Made by a program: the position numbers and the translations under genes
Source of the DNA: Octopus bimaculoides
Taxonomy: Eukaryota
Direction: 5' to 3'
Assembly (NCBI RefSeq): GCF_001194135.2
Contig: NC_068990.1
Location: forward strand, 70,639,582-70,703,581
Length of the DNA: 64,000 nt
The notes under the pieces: model-generated
What the model was told of the DNA's origin: nothing
What the model saw: the letters and a program-made list of their open reading frames with translations, nothing else
Databases searched by the model: none
Shown here: positions 47,583 to 60,071 of the stretch, piece by piece
How the letters are laid out: every line of letters starts with the position of its first letter
How positions within the stretch are numbered: the stretch's first letter is position 1

Positions 47583-48420
47583 CATCATCATCATCATTTA
47601 GCATCCATCTTTATTGCTAGCTATTCGGCAGGATTTGATGAGGTAGAGGACAGCATCAAGTTCTAATGTCTGCTTTCGCATGGCTTCTAAGGTTGAATGC
47701 CATTCCTAATGCCAACCATTTCACAGAGTGCACAGGATGCTTATTTTGTGACACCAGGACTAGTGAGGTCGTCATGTAGCTTGCAAGGCTAAAAGACCTT
47801 CTTGGTTAAATGGGAGTGTAGTAGAGAGGGGGTGACTTTATGCTGGGTGTTGAGAGATTAAATTATGGTAGAGGGACAGGAAGATATTTGCTGCTGAAGG
47901 TGAAATATATATGGCTACCCTGTATTTTATAAGGATGGGAATAATTGGGATAGAACCAGAAAGAGAGATAAAGATAGTAGTGATAAAGTGTCAAAGTATA
48001 CCCTCAAGGTGCAAAGTAGTGAATAGAAGACAGAATGGGGACAGAAGAACAGTAGGGACATTCACCTGAACCTCATTTCTAATCATCTCTCACTCTCCTC
48101 CTCCCTCACTCCTGTGGGTGAGGGAGGAGAGTGAGAAATGGTTACAGATTGAGATAGGATTGAATGTAATGGGTGGTGAACAAAAGGGGAGTGGTCAATG
48201 GTGAATATGAGTTGGGAGGGGAAGAGGCATATAGTGACAAGGGTAGAGAAGGTCAGAGGTTATATAGGGGTGAACAAAGGTGGGGAACTTTGATGGGAGA
48301 AGAGATAGTGGTAGAACAAAAAGGTTCTGATCTTATTTACAGTTTCAGAATAATGCAGTAGTTAGAAGAGTAATGGAGGGATGAGTAATAAGGAGTTAAG
48401 AAGATAGGGAAGGCTTAATA
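47583..48420 (-). mobile_element. Degraded RTE LINE 3'UTR with (GAT)n tail
   Basis: catcatcatcatttagcatcc..gaatgccattcctaatgccaaccatttcacagagtg, followed by the purine-rich UTR tract. Confidence 0.6.
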
Positions 48421-48479
48421 GGGGCATATTTTGTGTGGGTCCAAAGTGTATGTATTTACATAATGCTTTTAGAACTTGC

Positions 48480-48512
<33 letters not shown>

Positions 48513-51500
48513 TTCATATATAAATATATATATATATACATACTTATTTCAGGGATCTTTTGAAAATCTACAACTCAGTTCTAGGTTGCAGTTTTGGTAT
48601 TTCAGTTGTGGGGAAATATTTCACAAAACTGATAATGGAAACAAAGGCTTTATAAACTAAGGACAGTCCATAAAGTAATGGTGGCCAGAGGCCAAAACTA
48701 ATATAAATACGTAAAAGATAAAATCAATATTCGAAAACTTGTTTCTGAAACTATTTTCAATATTAGAACCTAGAAAAACAAAAAAGTAATCCCCCACACA
48801 TGCCACTAAAATAAAAAGGAAAAAAAGGGATCACTAGATTATAATGTTTTCAATTCGAAACCCAGAAACAATTTCTTATTAATTTAGAATCTATGTTTGC
48901 ACAGTTTCCTTTAACTACCATAAACTATGTCCATCAATTCTAACATTTAATTATATTTGTCAATAGTTAAACATTCCCCACTGTCTTCCCCAATAGTATG
49001 CTACAAATAAATAGAAAGGCAATCTGGCATGAAATATTTATGTTTTTACTTTCTCTTGGATACAAAATATAAAACATTCTAAAATATGAGCAACTCTGAA
49101 CAATTTTTACCATTACTATATACAGTCAGTAACCAATTTAAAAAAAACAAAACAAAAAACACATAAAGCTAAAGTGCTAAACTAGACAATATGTTGAAAG
49201 TGACTTAGTATTTCTGATTATTAGCTGAAATGAGTGAGTGTGTGTGAATGCATGTGTATGTATGTGTATGTATGTGTGTGTGTGNNNNNNNNNNATACAC
49301 ATATGTATATGTAAGTCTGCATGTATGTATATATTGTTAATGTACATACAACAAAAGCCAATAATCCAGCATATTAGCAATAAACATTAGAAAAAACAAA
49401 TCAGTGTTCTATTCCATTGTTTTTCGTTCATTTTTCCCCGTTGACATCTGTGGAAGGAACTAAATTACAAAAGATGTGGGGCCATGATTAAAATACAAAA
49501 CAGACCAGAGGTCATTAATAAATAATATAATCAATAGTTAAGTTTGATCCTGTAATCTAGGAAATAATTTCATGACTGGAGCTATTATTACTATCATTAT
49601 AATAAAACAACATGAGGATTTTGAATAGTTTTGATAAAGAATGGCTGAATCAGAACATTTAACAGAAAAATGTAGGATTAATATTTGGCAAGGCAAGAAT
49701 TATGCTATATTCTCATTAGAATACCGATGAAAAAAAAAAGACTATAATTTGGAATAATAGAGGAGTTACATTCAGTTAAGGCATTATAAGAAAATGATAA
49801 AAATTGTACACTGAAATATTTAAGTTAAATTATTCAATATCAATTGTGTTTATCAATTTGAAAAAAAAGGACCAAAATATGAATATAAATTAAAAACAGT
49901 CTGATTATAAAAAAAAAACAAAAAAACTTTTGAGTCTGACTATACCAAAGGTCAGGGTATTATGATTAATAGTTGTATAACAATCTGCTAATGAAATATG
50001 TAATTCTTATTTGGACAATTGCATTTAATTTCAATATTGTAATATGGAGTGAAGTATTACCTGTTTTTGTTAAGATATTTTGTAAAAATAAAACAAACAA
50101 ACAAAAAAAAGAACTAGAAAATAAAGGCTTCCATGCAAAAAGATTTAAACAAAAGGTATTTGTAAAAATGGGTATACAATTCTAAATGCAGGTTTATGAA
50201 AAACAAAGTAAATAGAGAGAAAGAAGTGAATAGATGTGTATAGATATCAGATATTTGATAAATTCTTACACAAAAGAAATTGAATTTTTCAAATACTTTC
50301 TTTCCTTGTTTAAAAACATAAAGATACTGATGATTTTTTTTTCTACTTCAGTACAGAGCCACACATTTTTAGGTGAAGAATGTAATCAGTTACTTGACCC
50401 TAGTATGAAAAGTTAAGTCTACCTTTGTAGTAAAATATTTGTTACTACTCGAGGTTTACTTATTTCATCAAAAAGTTATTTCTAAATTAGTCTAATGAAA
50501 TTCCAAACCTGAAGAGTTAAATGAAATGGCATAAAGAAGTAGGATTAATTATTTTTTTTTTTTATAAAATAACATTTCTACAATATTTATTTTTATTGCT
50601 AAGTAATTAATTAACATTGTTTAGTAAACTGATTGCTCACACATTTCAAAACTGCTTCACAAAAATGAAGAACAGATATAATTTTGGAAAATCATTTACA
50701 GAAAGACAGATACAGTCTTCAGCACTGAGACATAAAGTGAAAAGTTTCAGAGAATTATTATATATTATCAAGAGCTACTATTACCATCATCACTATCAAA
50801 TAATAATTGTAATAATAATTTTTTCTACTAAAGGCACAAGGCCTGAAATTTTTTTGGGGGTGGAGGGTGCTAGTCAATTTCATTGACCCCAGTGTTCAAC
50901 TGGTACTTATTTCATCAACCCTGAAAGGATGAATGGCAAAGTTGACCTCGGCAGAATATGAACTAATAATAATAATATGACTAATCTACAGAAATAATGG
51001 CAATAACATAGTAGCTGTGCAACCTTCCATCTTTTGATATGTTAGAAGTTTCAGTAGAATAAACTTGTTGATCCAGATCTCCCCCACCCACCCAAATAAT
51101 TGTTCCATATCACTTATATCATAGCATTTAAATCACTCAGCAGTTAGTAGTTGTAGATATATCTCATTAAACAGTTATTATACTTAATGACAACAACAAA
51201 ATTATAAGGCAACTTAACAACTATGTTATATTATCAATTCCAATATCATTGTAAGAAACCAAAAAATAAGCTATTTACAGTAGGTTTCAGAGACTGAAAC
51301 TTGGAAACGAGTCTATAACAGAGAAAATGAAAAGAAAAACAGTAATAAAATGATAGAGAATGGGACGGTAACATCATTTGATTAAGATATATCTCTGTAT
51401 AGGCAAGTGTTCTCAAGACAGCTAAAACACAGTCAATCACTGCTTGGTTTCAGATTTGATAATTTACATAGTTTGAATGTCTATAGCAAAAGTATTGAGG

Positions 51501-52685
51501 GACTTAAAGAGTTTTGGTTGAATTTAGTAAAATGTTAAAAATAAATGACTTGAGCTAAAAATACCAAAATAAAGAAATGTGACAGTTTCACTAATTTAAT
51601 ATTTCAACAAATTTAATATAAGTCCCAAAATGTGCAATGTATCTAAAAGTGAAAGCAAATAGCTACTTTATTATAAGTTATATCATGTACCATTGGCTGC
51701 TATATCGATATTGACTGCAACAAAACTATTAGATTAGGGAGAAAAAAAAAAAAAAAGACACCAGTTGGAGATGCATCTTATCAAATAATATTGGTATTGT
51801 TACTAAATCTACTTCATGAATAGTTTTGAAGAAAACAACAAAAGGTTGACACTGAGCTAGTCGACAAATGTCATTAATAGAGGAGGCTACAAAATTAATA
51901 TCTTAGATTTAGACCTATTAGTAACAAGGGCATCTAAAAAATGTACCTGAAAGCAAAACTTAGTTGACAATTTATAATGTATTCACCCTATGTCTGTACA
52001 GATTTCATATCCAGAATAAAGTTTTAAAAAAAGCTGGTCGCTATTTCACATGATTTAACCAACCAGAGCAGAGCAAGAAGGTCTGGTAGCTAAATACTAA
52101 GTCTCCAAACATTTTCATAAGTGTTTGGTTTTTTTTTTTGTCTCTTAACTTCATTTGTCATGATTTTTCTTTTCTTGTTTTTTTTTTTTTTCCTTTTCTT
52201 TAATTTCAAAATGGTCTTGCAGTAAAGCCCAAACAAGAATAAATCTGGGATTTTAAAATGGCAGATTATCTGCCATTGCTCTTTAAGCTAACTGGAATCA
52301 GCAGTTGGCCAAGAGCTCTGCCAAAATTCTTAGAGTGCATGCAAGGCAGTCATTTGTAAACTTTCCAGCAAGGCAATAATATTTCTACAACGTTTATGGA
52401 TTGCCATTCTTGGTAACCAAAGAAACATCTTTTGAAGAAAGTCCTCCTGTGGTATAATTGACAGTGACGGTCTCTCAACTAACAGCCCCACTGGACTTAA
52501 CCTGCAGTATTATGAAACTAATATTGGATTCTTCAAGAAATGAGCAAACCACAACAGTCATCATCTGTTCTATCACATGGTTATAAAGAAAGAAAATCTT
52601 TTGGTTCAACTTGTTGGTTGATTAATAGAAATTCAGTCAATCAGCTCACAGCCATAATCAATAAATCCCTGCTGAGTTCATTCCA

Positions 52686-52791
52686 TCACCATAACTTGGG
52701 AAGGGACATTCTGGAAAAACCAGGTTCTTTCCTTTTTTCCCAATATTCTCTGGTGAATTCATAAAATTCTTTTCCATTTACTTCAAGTTTT
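52686..52791 (-). CDS. OSBPL6: ORP3/6/7-type oxysterol-binding protein, terminal exon (KLEVNGKEFYEFTREYWEKRKEPGFSRMSLPKLW*)
   Basis: ttccttacag acceptor, phase 2. Matches the OSBPL6-type C-terminus YWELRKDPGFSKVDSPVLW. The symbol is the best recalled match; the gene is probably co-orthologous to OSBPL3/6/7. Confidence 0.9.
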
Positions 52792-53216
52792 CTGTAAGGA
52801 AATAATGCAGAAAAATATACACCATGTTACACAAAAAATGTAATGTTTATTTATTTTATTAAATAACAACTATTAAAAGGATCTTTTTTTGTTGCATATA
52901 AGTTTACAATTACCTGTCTGAAATTAGGTGTAAATTCAGCTACTTTCCAAAGACAAATATTAAATATAAGCCAAATATTTTTTCACATTGGGATTTAATT
53001 TTTATTAGTCATATTTATTTACTGTTTTTAGTCAGTATGGCTATGTGCTTAAACGTTTGCTTGTGATTTAAGGTTCAATACATAGTAATTTGTGCAAATG
53101 TTTTATAAAATAAGCTCATAAGTCTCACAATAACTGTAAATGGAATTTGGTAAATAACTGCAACAATTTAATGTACATATGATAGCTTGACCTTCAACTA
53201 AAAGCTCTGTGTGTGG

Positions 53217-53248
<32 letters not shown>

Positions 53249-54404
53249 TAAATAGATAGATAGATAGAGAGAGAGAGAGAGTAAGAGGCTACTTTCAGTT
53301 TCTGCCAACCAAATCTACTCACAAAGCTTTGATTGGTCTGAGATGCAGTAGAAGACTATTAACCAACGTTCCATACAATGGTAATGAACCTGGAACCATG
53401 TAGCTGGAAAGCAAACTTCCTAACTACACAGCTATACCTATGCCTATGACTTAAAACAGCATAAAACAAACAATAAAAATTTATATCTACATATATCTAA
53501 TATATTATACATACATGGAACACTCACATATAGTACTCAGAGTTTCCTGGCAAGCCACAGGTATGAAGTTATCTGATTTCCAACCAGTATCTCAAAACAT
53601 GTACCCCTATTCAACAGTTGATAAATAATGTCATGTATGTTGATTATTAATCGGAAATTGGGTAAGTTCTCTTGCAGAGAAACTCAAAGTACTATATGTA
53701 AGTGTTTCATTTTTGTATGATGTATTAAATATACTCTTCTATTTCAATGATATTGAGGCCTACATCTTTTGCTGTTACACATATATATCCATTAGTGGTA
53801 AATGTAAACATCAGAAAGAAAAATGAAGAACAGGCACTTTCAAATGGAGATAATGCGTGGTGTTTGTTGCATGCTGAGTGATACAGAAAATCCCTCATCA
53901 TTCACACATCATTGAACCAATGATTGGTTCATTAGATTCCTATAACTATCAATGTTAGTTGTTCACTTATTCATTGATGTATGTGTGGTAGCTTTTTTAT
54001 AAATAAGGTATATGCAGGTCAGTGTCTAAACCTCAGCCATTAAACAAAATTGCTTATAAAAGAGATAATTAAAAGAAAATGTCAGTTTTTAATGTCATAT
54101 TTGCTGTAGCTGACTTTTATACTTAAAAATTTGTGTGTGTGTGTGAGAGAGAGACAAAGAGAGGAAAGTGTATTTGCAATCTACATTAGTGATTAGAATA
54201 CCATTTAGTTATTAATTTGTAACAATATTAAAGAATAAATATTAATTAGTGATAACATAGAGAAAGTGTTTTCTTTATTAAACAGTAGATATTTTATTAT
54301 GAGAATGTCTATAATTAAAATGTAGGTAATTAAAATGTCAGAGCAGTAACTAAGATATTATTTCTATTGAAACATGAAATAATTATTTCTAAACAAATTT
54401 TTAC

Positions 54405-54527
54405 CTGAACCATTGAGGCATATATACTATTTTCATATCATCTCTTTGCCGCCTTTTATCTCGCTGTAACTGTTCTATTCGGATTTTTTCTAACTCTGAT
54501 TCAGACAATTTTCCTTCTTCTAAAAGT
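54405..54527 (-). CDS. OSBPL6: ORP exon (LLEEGKLSESELEKIRIEQLQRDKRRQRDDMKIVYMPQWF)
   Basis: ctctacag acceptor and GTAAAA donor. Phase 2-2. Matches the ORD motif FLEEG..EKQRVEELQR. Confidence 0.92.
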
Positions 54528-54619
54528 CTGTAGAGAAAATACAAAGAAAATATATGATAAAATAAAATAAATATTAATATCCATATTTTATTATGTTTAG
54601 TATAATGGACAAAAATTAT

Positions 54620-55292
54620 TGAATTTCTACATCACTGGTGAGCCAGGATGTTTCCACTCATTACTCTGTCTTTTGGATTCTGCCTCATAATGATGGACCC
54701 ACATTTCATCTGTGACTATCCTGCTCAAAAATTGCCTTCATTGTTGTAGTGATCAAATAAATATTGGCAAGCTCTCTTAGCAGCCATCTTACACAGACTT
54801 TATGGAAGCCAAGCTCATTTTAGATGATTTAATAGGTAGAGAATGAGCTACCTCATCAATGATAACTCACCGGTTCACAATTACCACCTCTCGAATTTAC
54901 TGAATCTTCTCATCAGTGGCGGGGGCATCCTGTTCTCTCTTAGTGGGTCATGCTTGCCGGGCCACTTTTAAACTTCTTGATCCACTCATATGCACTTCTG
55001 CACAGTAGTGCACTGTCCCCAGATCGTGCTAAAAGCCTCCATTGAATTTCAGCAACCAACACACCTTCCAACCAGAGAAATCAGATCACTGCTCTTTCTT
55101 CTTCTTTGGTGCACATTGCTAGTGGAGCAGACATGCTTACACTATAAAGCCAGAAAGAAAAATAGTGCGATCAAGCTCTTCAATCACATGACCACAATAG
55201 TACCAATTATAAGCACACATGTGCAGAAGGCAGGGTGACAATAATAAAGATATGTTATGGTGGAAGTGCAGATAATTTTTGACTTCCCCTCA
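54620..55292 (-). mobile_element. Mariner relic (5' half with left TIR)
   Basis: TA + tgaggggaagtcaaaaattatctgca. MCTKEERAVI*FLWLEG..SAYEWIKKFKSG and SKRQSNEWKHPGSP. Confidence 0.75.
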
Positions 55293-55487
55293 TATATATA
55301 TATGGATGGGTGGATGGATGGATGGATGGAGACTACATGTATGTGAGGTATCTGCCATGTATATCTCCAGGTTCTCTTGTATTATGTGGAGAAGAAATGT
55401 TATCATGGCCCTTGGCTCTGTCTTGAACAATTATTTAGTTATTAATTTACCATATATATAAATAATAAATAATGTGGAATGAAATAC

Positions 55488-55614
55488 CTTTGATCAGGCC
55501 GGAATCTACTGTCTGTGGGAGGAAGGAAACGCGCTTCCTCTTCATTCAGTTCATTGAGTTCAATAGCAAATCGTGAGAACCCGTAATAAAGAGCATGATC
55601 ATCTGTCATGGTAC
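55488..55614 (-). CDS. OSBPL6: ORP exon ([41 protein letters not shown])
   Basis: ttaccag acceptor and GTATTT donor. Phase 1 to 2. Conserved ORD motif [24 protein letters not shown]. Confidence 0.95.
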
Positions 55615-56117
55615 CTGGTAAAATATTGCAATTATTAATGTAGACATTTAAAACAGAATAATGTGGATACTTTTCTTTGAATAGAAAAGGAATTACTTTC
55701 TCCAAGTTTAGACATTAAAATATGTGTGGGAAAAGTAATAATAAAGGTAGTTTCTTTCAAAAAATATAATTTTCAATTTTAATATCCGTAATATTAAAAT
55801 TTATACTGTTTTAACCTATTGGATATGCAAATCATCACCAAGTGGGTGCATACAAGATAGGATTTAAAGTAGTATATATATATATATGTGTGTGTGTGTG
55901 TTAAATTCAAATTACGACAAACATAAATAAACAAACGAAGTTTGCTTTTAGAAGCGTTGAGATGTCTTTTAGAAAGTTAAAGAAGTGATTTTAAATTCTC
56001 AATCGCAGAATAATGCTAATAATATAGCCTGAACAGGATAAACTATCCCTCTTTTGCAGAGAAAAGTGTAGGTGGCTAGCTGTGGACTCGAACTCACATC
56101 CCCGTGATTACATGTGA

Positions 56118-56155
<38 letters not shown>

Positions 56156-56308
56156 AAAGCATTTAAGGAAACAGTCAAATCTATGCACACACACACACAC
56201 ACACATATATTCACCCCGGACATCTATAAACATATACACACAACAATTTCTAAAGATAGCAATGTCATACACATGTATAATATAATAAAAAAGTAAACAT
56301 GACTTTAC

Positions 56309-56456
56309 CAGGTCTCCAGATACAGCGAGCAGAGGGGGCAGAAGCACCACAGTAAATAGCTTCATTCCATTTACCAAATAAATTATGGACCACTTTGTTA
56401 TCTTGATTAAATATTTGACCGTAGATCTCATGTCGCTTCCCTGACCAATAACTTGC
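56309..56456 (-). CDS. OSBPL6: ORP exon (ASYWSGKRHEIYGQ...LFGKWNEAIYCGASAPSARCIWRP)
   Basis: gctcag acceptor and GTAAAG donor. Phase 0 to 1. Matches LFGKWHEGLYCGVAPSAKCIWRPG. Confidence 0.95.
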
Positions 56457-56723
56457 CTGAGCAACACAAAATTTAATTAGAGTCAAGAAAATTTAAAATA
56501 TTTAATACGTTCAACTTGTTCAATACACTATTTTGATACTCATTTACTGGCTCCCGTCAAATGTCTGCAACCAGCATCAGTTAATATCTAATGTCATTAA
56601 AACTAAATCCCTTACAATTTTGAAAGTTAGTGCTTATCTATCAAAGATGAATTTATTAACCAGTGTTCTAATTTTACCATCCAAAGTAGGAGTGAAGTAT
56701 TCAACTAGACAACATTTATATCA

Positions 56724-56773
56724 ATTATTATTATTATTATCATTACTATTATTATTATTATTATTATCATTAC

Positions 56774-56806
<33 letters not shown>

Positions 56807-56864
56807 CATTACTATTATTATTATTATTATTATTATTATTATCATTACTATTATTATTATTATT
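56724..56864. repeat. Interrupted (ATT)n microsatellite with four ATCATTACT interruptions
   Basis: Direct reading. Confidence 0.95.
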
Positions 56865-57884
56865 CAGTAGTTTTATTTTTATAACGTGCTTTCACTTCAC
56901 TACCGAGCNNNNNNNNNNNNNNNNNNNNNNNNNNNNNNNNNNNNNNNNNNNNNNNNNNNNNNNNNNNNNNNNNNNNNNNNNNNNNNNNNNNNNNNNNNNN
57001 NNNNNNNNNNNNNNNNNNNNNNNNNNNNNNNNNNNNNNNNNNNNNNNNNNNNNNNNNNNNNNNNNNNNNNNNNNNNNNNNNNNNNNNNNNNNNNNNNNNN
57101 NNNNNNNNNNNNNNNNNNNNNNNNNNNNNNNNNNNNNNNNNNNNNNNNNNNNNNNNNNNNNNNNNNNNNNNNNNNNNNNNNNNNNNNNNNNNNNNNNNNN
57201 NNNNNNNNNNNNNNNNNNNNNNNNNNNNNNNNNNNNNNNNNNNNNNNNNNNNNNNNNNNNNNNNNNNNNNNNNNNNNNNNNNNNNNNNNNNNNNNNNNNN
57301 NNNNNNNNNNNNNNNNNNNNNNNNNNNNNNNNNNNNNNNNNNNNNNNNNNNNNNNNNNNNNNNNNNNNNNNNNNNNNNNNNNNNNNNNNNNNNNNNNNNN
57401 NNNNNNNNNNNNNNNNNNNNNNNNNNNNNNNNNNNNNNNNNNNNNNNNNNNNNNNNNNNNNNNNNNNNNNNNNNNNNNNNNNNNNNNNNNNNNNNNNNNN
57501 NNNNNNNNNNNNNNNNNNNNNNNNNNNNNNNNNNNNNNNNNNNNNNNNNNNNNNNNNNNNNNNNNNNNNNNNNNNNNNNNNNNNNNNNNNNNNNNNNNNN
57601 NNNNNNNNNNNNNNNNNNNNNNNNNNNNNNNNNNNNNNNNNNNNNNNNNNNNNNNNNNNNNNNNNNNNNNNNNNNNNNNNNNNNNNNNNNNNNNNNNNNN
57701 NNNNNNNNNNNNNNNNNNNNNNNTTTAGGGAAACGTTGTCATCTGCTGGTATTGATACATCAATTAGAAAGCATTTTTTTCCTTCATGATCTTTGACAAC
57801 TATATCTGCTCTATTGGCCTTAACTTTTCTATCTGTGTGTATTGGCATATCCCAGAGTATGGTTGCTTTCTCGTTTTCTGTGAC

Positions 57885-57885
<1 letters not shown>
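56865..57885 (-). mobile_element. 5'-truncated Dong/R4 retrotransposon inside an (AAT)n tract (middle lost in an assembly gap)
   Basis: REL endonuclease motif LWDMPIHTDRKVKANRADIVVKD..CFLIDVSIP. The 3' end ..gcacgttataaaaataaaactactg abuts (AAT)n, and (AAT)n is also at the 5' side. The two visible ends are assumed to be one element. Confidence 0.75.
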
Positions 57886-57935
<50 letters not shown>

Positions 57936-57938
57936 TAC

Positions 57939-57982
<44 letters not shown>
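57886..57982. repeat. (ATT)n microsatellite
   Basis: Direct reading. Confidence 0.95.
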
Positions 57983-57983
<1 letters not shown>

Positions 57984-58199
57984 GGCAGTGAAGTGGCAGA
58001 AACATTATTGGGCTAGACAAAATTCTTAGTGGCATTTCTTCTGACTTTACATTCTGCATTCAAATTCTGCCAGGGTTGACTTTGCCTTTATCCTTTCAAG
58101 GTAAATAAAATAAGTACCAGTTGAATTCTGGGAATAAAAGGGGAAAGTCGATAAAATCAACTTACCCTCCTCCCCCAAACTTGCAGGCCTTGTGCTAAA

Positions 58200-58200
<1 letters not shown>
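57984..58200 (+). mobile_element. tRNA-derived SINE flanked by (ATT)n on both sides
   Basis: Same family as 43804-44020. Confidence 0.8.
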
Positions 58201-58259
<59 letters not shown>

Positions 58260-58559
58260 AGAAAAAGATGAAGAAGAGTATGATATACTTTGTAATAAAT
58301 AGAGATTGACTCAGTTTATTGAATTGAACAATATTTTGACAGCATGTCTGTCTTCCTTGAGTTTAAAGCGAAAAAAATGCAGAAATACAGAAATTCAAAA
58401 CTAGAAATGAAATATCTTGCATTCCTTTTCAGACACAGTTTTTGCTTTTACAGAACTGGTAACAAGGCAAAAGAAAAAAAAAAATGAAAGAAGAGAGAGT
58501 AGGAAAGACAAAACTCAGTCAAAAAGTTTTGTGTAAATGTGATGGAAAGGAACACAGGA

Positions 58560-59555
58560 TATTCCAGTTCAAATTTTGAATTTTTGTATTAATTATGAAT
58601 CGCATCATGTTCTTATTGGGTATTTATCGCCATAATTTTATCAACTACAACAATACCTGGTCTCTGAGCATCAATCACTGAATCACACTGGATTGCAAAA
58701 TCCCATACGATCTTAATCCTAAATATTAATATGCTAATTTTTATTTTTTTACGTACATACCTGTGGTGTGTGTCACACTTACTTCAAAGGAAGAGGTAAA
58801 AAAGAGAGAAATAAAACTTGCTAAGCAGAGGAAGTACAGTTGAAGTGAGAGGCAAAGTGGCAAAGAGGAAGGGCAGAGATGGAGTGAAAGAGAGGAGATT
58901 CGTAGTGCATATTGAATACCTTCCTTGTTCTTCAGTCTAGATTTGCTAATTCAGATTTTGTCCAATTTGCTGAGTATCTAAGTAATGATATTGTCCAAGT
59001 ATTTGCAGCCTTCACTAGATTCGGACCAATTTAGCTTTGACTTCATTAGCTTCCTCACCCTTCTAATGTACTCTTTCTCAATTTTCATTTTCATTTATAT
59101 AGTTAGTACTCTGTCAGATTCTAATACTCCTAGATACTTACAACTCTCTCCTCCTTTCAGTGACTTTAATGTCTGGCCATCTGGTAATTGGATACCTTCA
59201 CTGTTGACTACCTGTCCCCTTCTCATGACTAATATTGCACACTTATCTATGCCAAATTCCATGCCTATATCTTTGCTGAAGAGTCTTACAATTTGTATTA
59301 AGGAATCTATCTCTTTTTTATTCTTGCTAAATAGCTTCAGATCATTCATATAGAGCAAATGGTTAATTTTTCCCTTTACTATTTCTGAGCTGATACCCTG
59401 CCATTGCCTTCCTTAATACTAAACTGAGAGGGATTAAACATAAGAGAAATATTAAAGGGAATAATGAGTTGCCTTGGAAAATTCCTCTCTTGATGTTAAC
59501 TTTCCCTAAGACTGTGTTACCTGAGTAGAGATCTACTTTCCAATTCTTCAAACTT
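58560..59555 (-). mobile_element. Older Dong/R4 retrotransposon fragments (RT and REL endonuclease)
   Basis: RT: RGIFQGNSLFPLIF, LLYMNDLKLFSK, DIGMEFGIDKCA, KYLGVLE. REL near 58600-58720: KIVWDFAIQCDSVIDAQRPGIVVVDK. Confidence 0.8.
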
Positions 59556-59585
59556 ATGCTAATTAATTCTCATTATTATTATTAA

Positions 59586-59798
59586 GGCAGCATGCTGGTA
59601 GAATCATTAGCACATCAGGCAAAATGCTTGGTGATCTTTCCTGTTTTTACGTTCTGAGTTCAAATTCTGCCGAGGTTGACTTTGCCTTTCATCCTTTCTG
59701 GGTCGATAAATTAAGTACCAGTTGCATACTAGGGTCGATCTAATTGACTGACCCCCCCCCCAAAAAAAATTTCGGGCCTTGTGTCTAGAGTAGAAAAG

Positions 59799-59800
<2 letters not shown>
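59586..59800 (+). mobile_element. tRNA-derived SINE, full length, with (ATT)n tail to 59871 followed by (GT)n
   Basis: Same family as 43804-44020. Confidence 0.85.
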
Positions 59801-59849
<49 letters not shown>

Positions 59850-59868
59850 GTTATTATTATTATTATTA

Positions 59869-59907
<39 letters not shown>

Positions 59908-59935
59908 TGTATCTGAAATGAAAATGTATACATAC

Positions 59936-60071
59936 CTTTGTAAAAGTAATTTTGCAGGAAATATCTCCATTCCTCATGTGCATTTCTCCATATTGGTCAA
60001 CCCATCGTTGGCCACCAAGTAGGTTATGCACACATGTTGTAACCTTATTCCACTGATAATGGTCATTATAT
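59936..60071 (-). CDS. OSBPL6: ORP exon (YNDHYQWNKVTTCVHNLLGGQRWVDQYGEMHMRNGDISCKITFTK)
   Basis: ttgtag acceptor and GTATGT donor. Phase 2 to 0. Matches [25 protein letters not shown]. Upstream exons were not found in the window. Confidence 0.95.

Noticed and set aside
57786-58059. Poly-Y/I/N ORFs (also poly-YI, poly-HT and poly-LS ORFs elsewhere)
   Set aside because: Translations of microsatellites.
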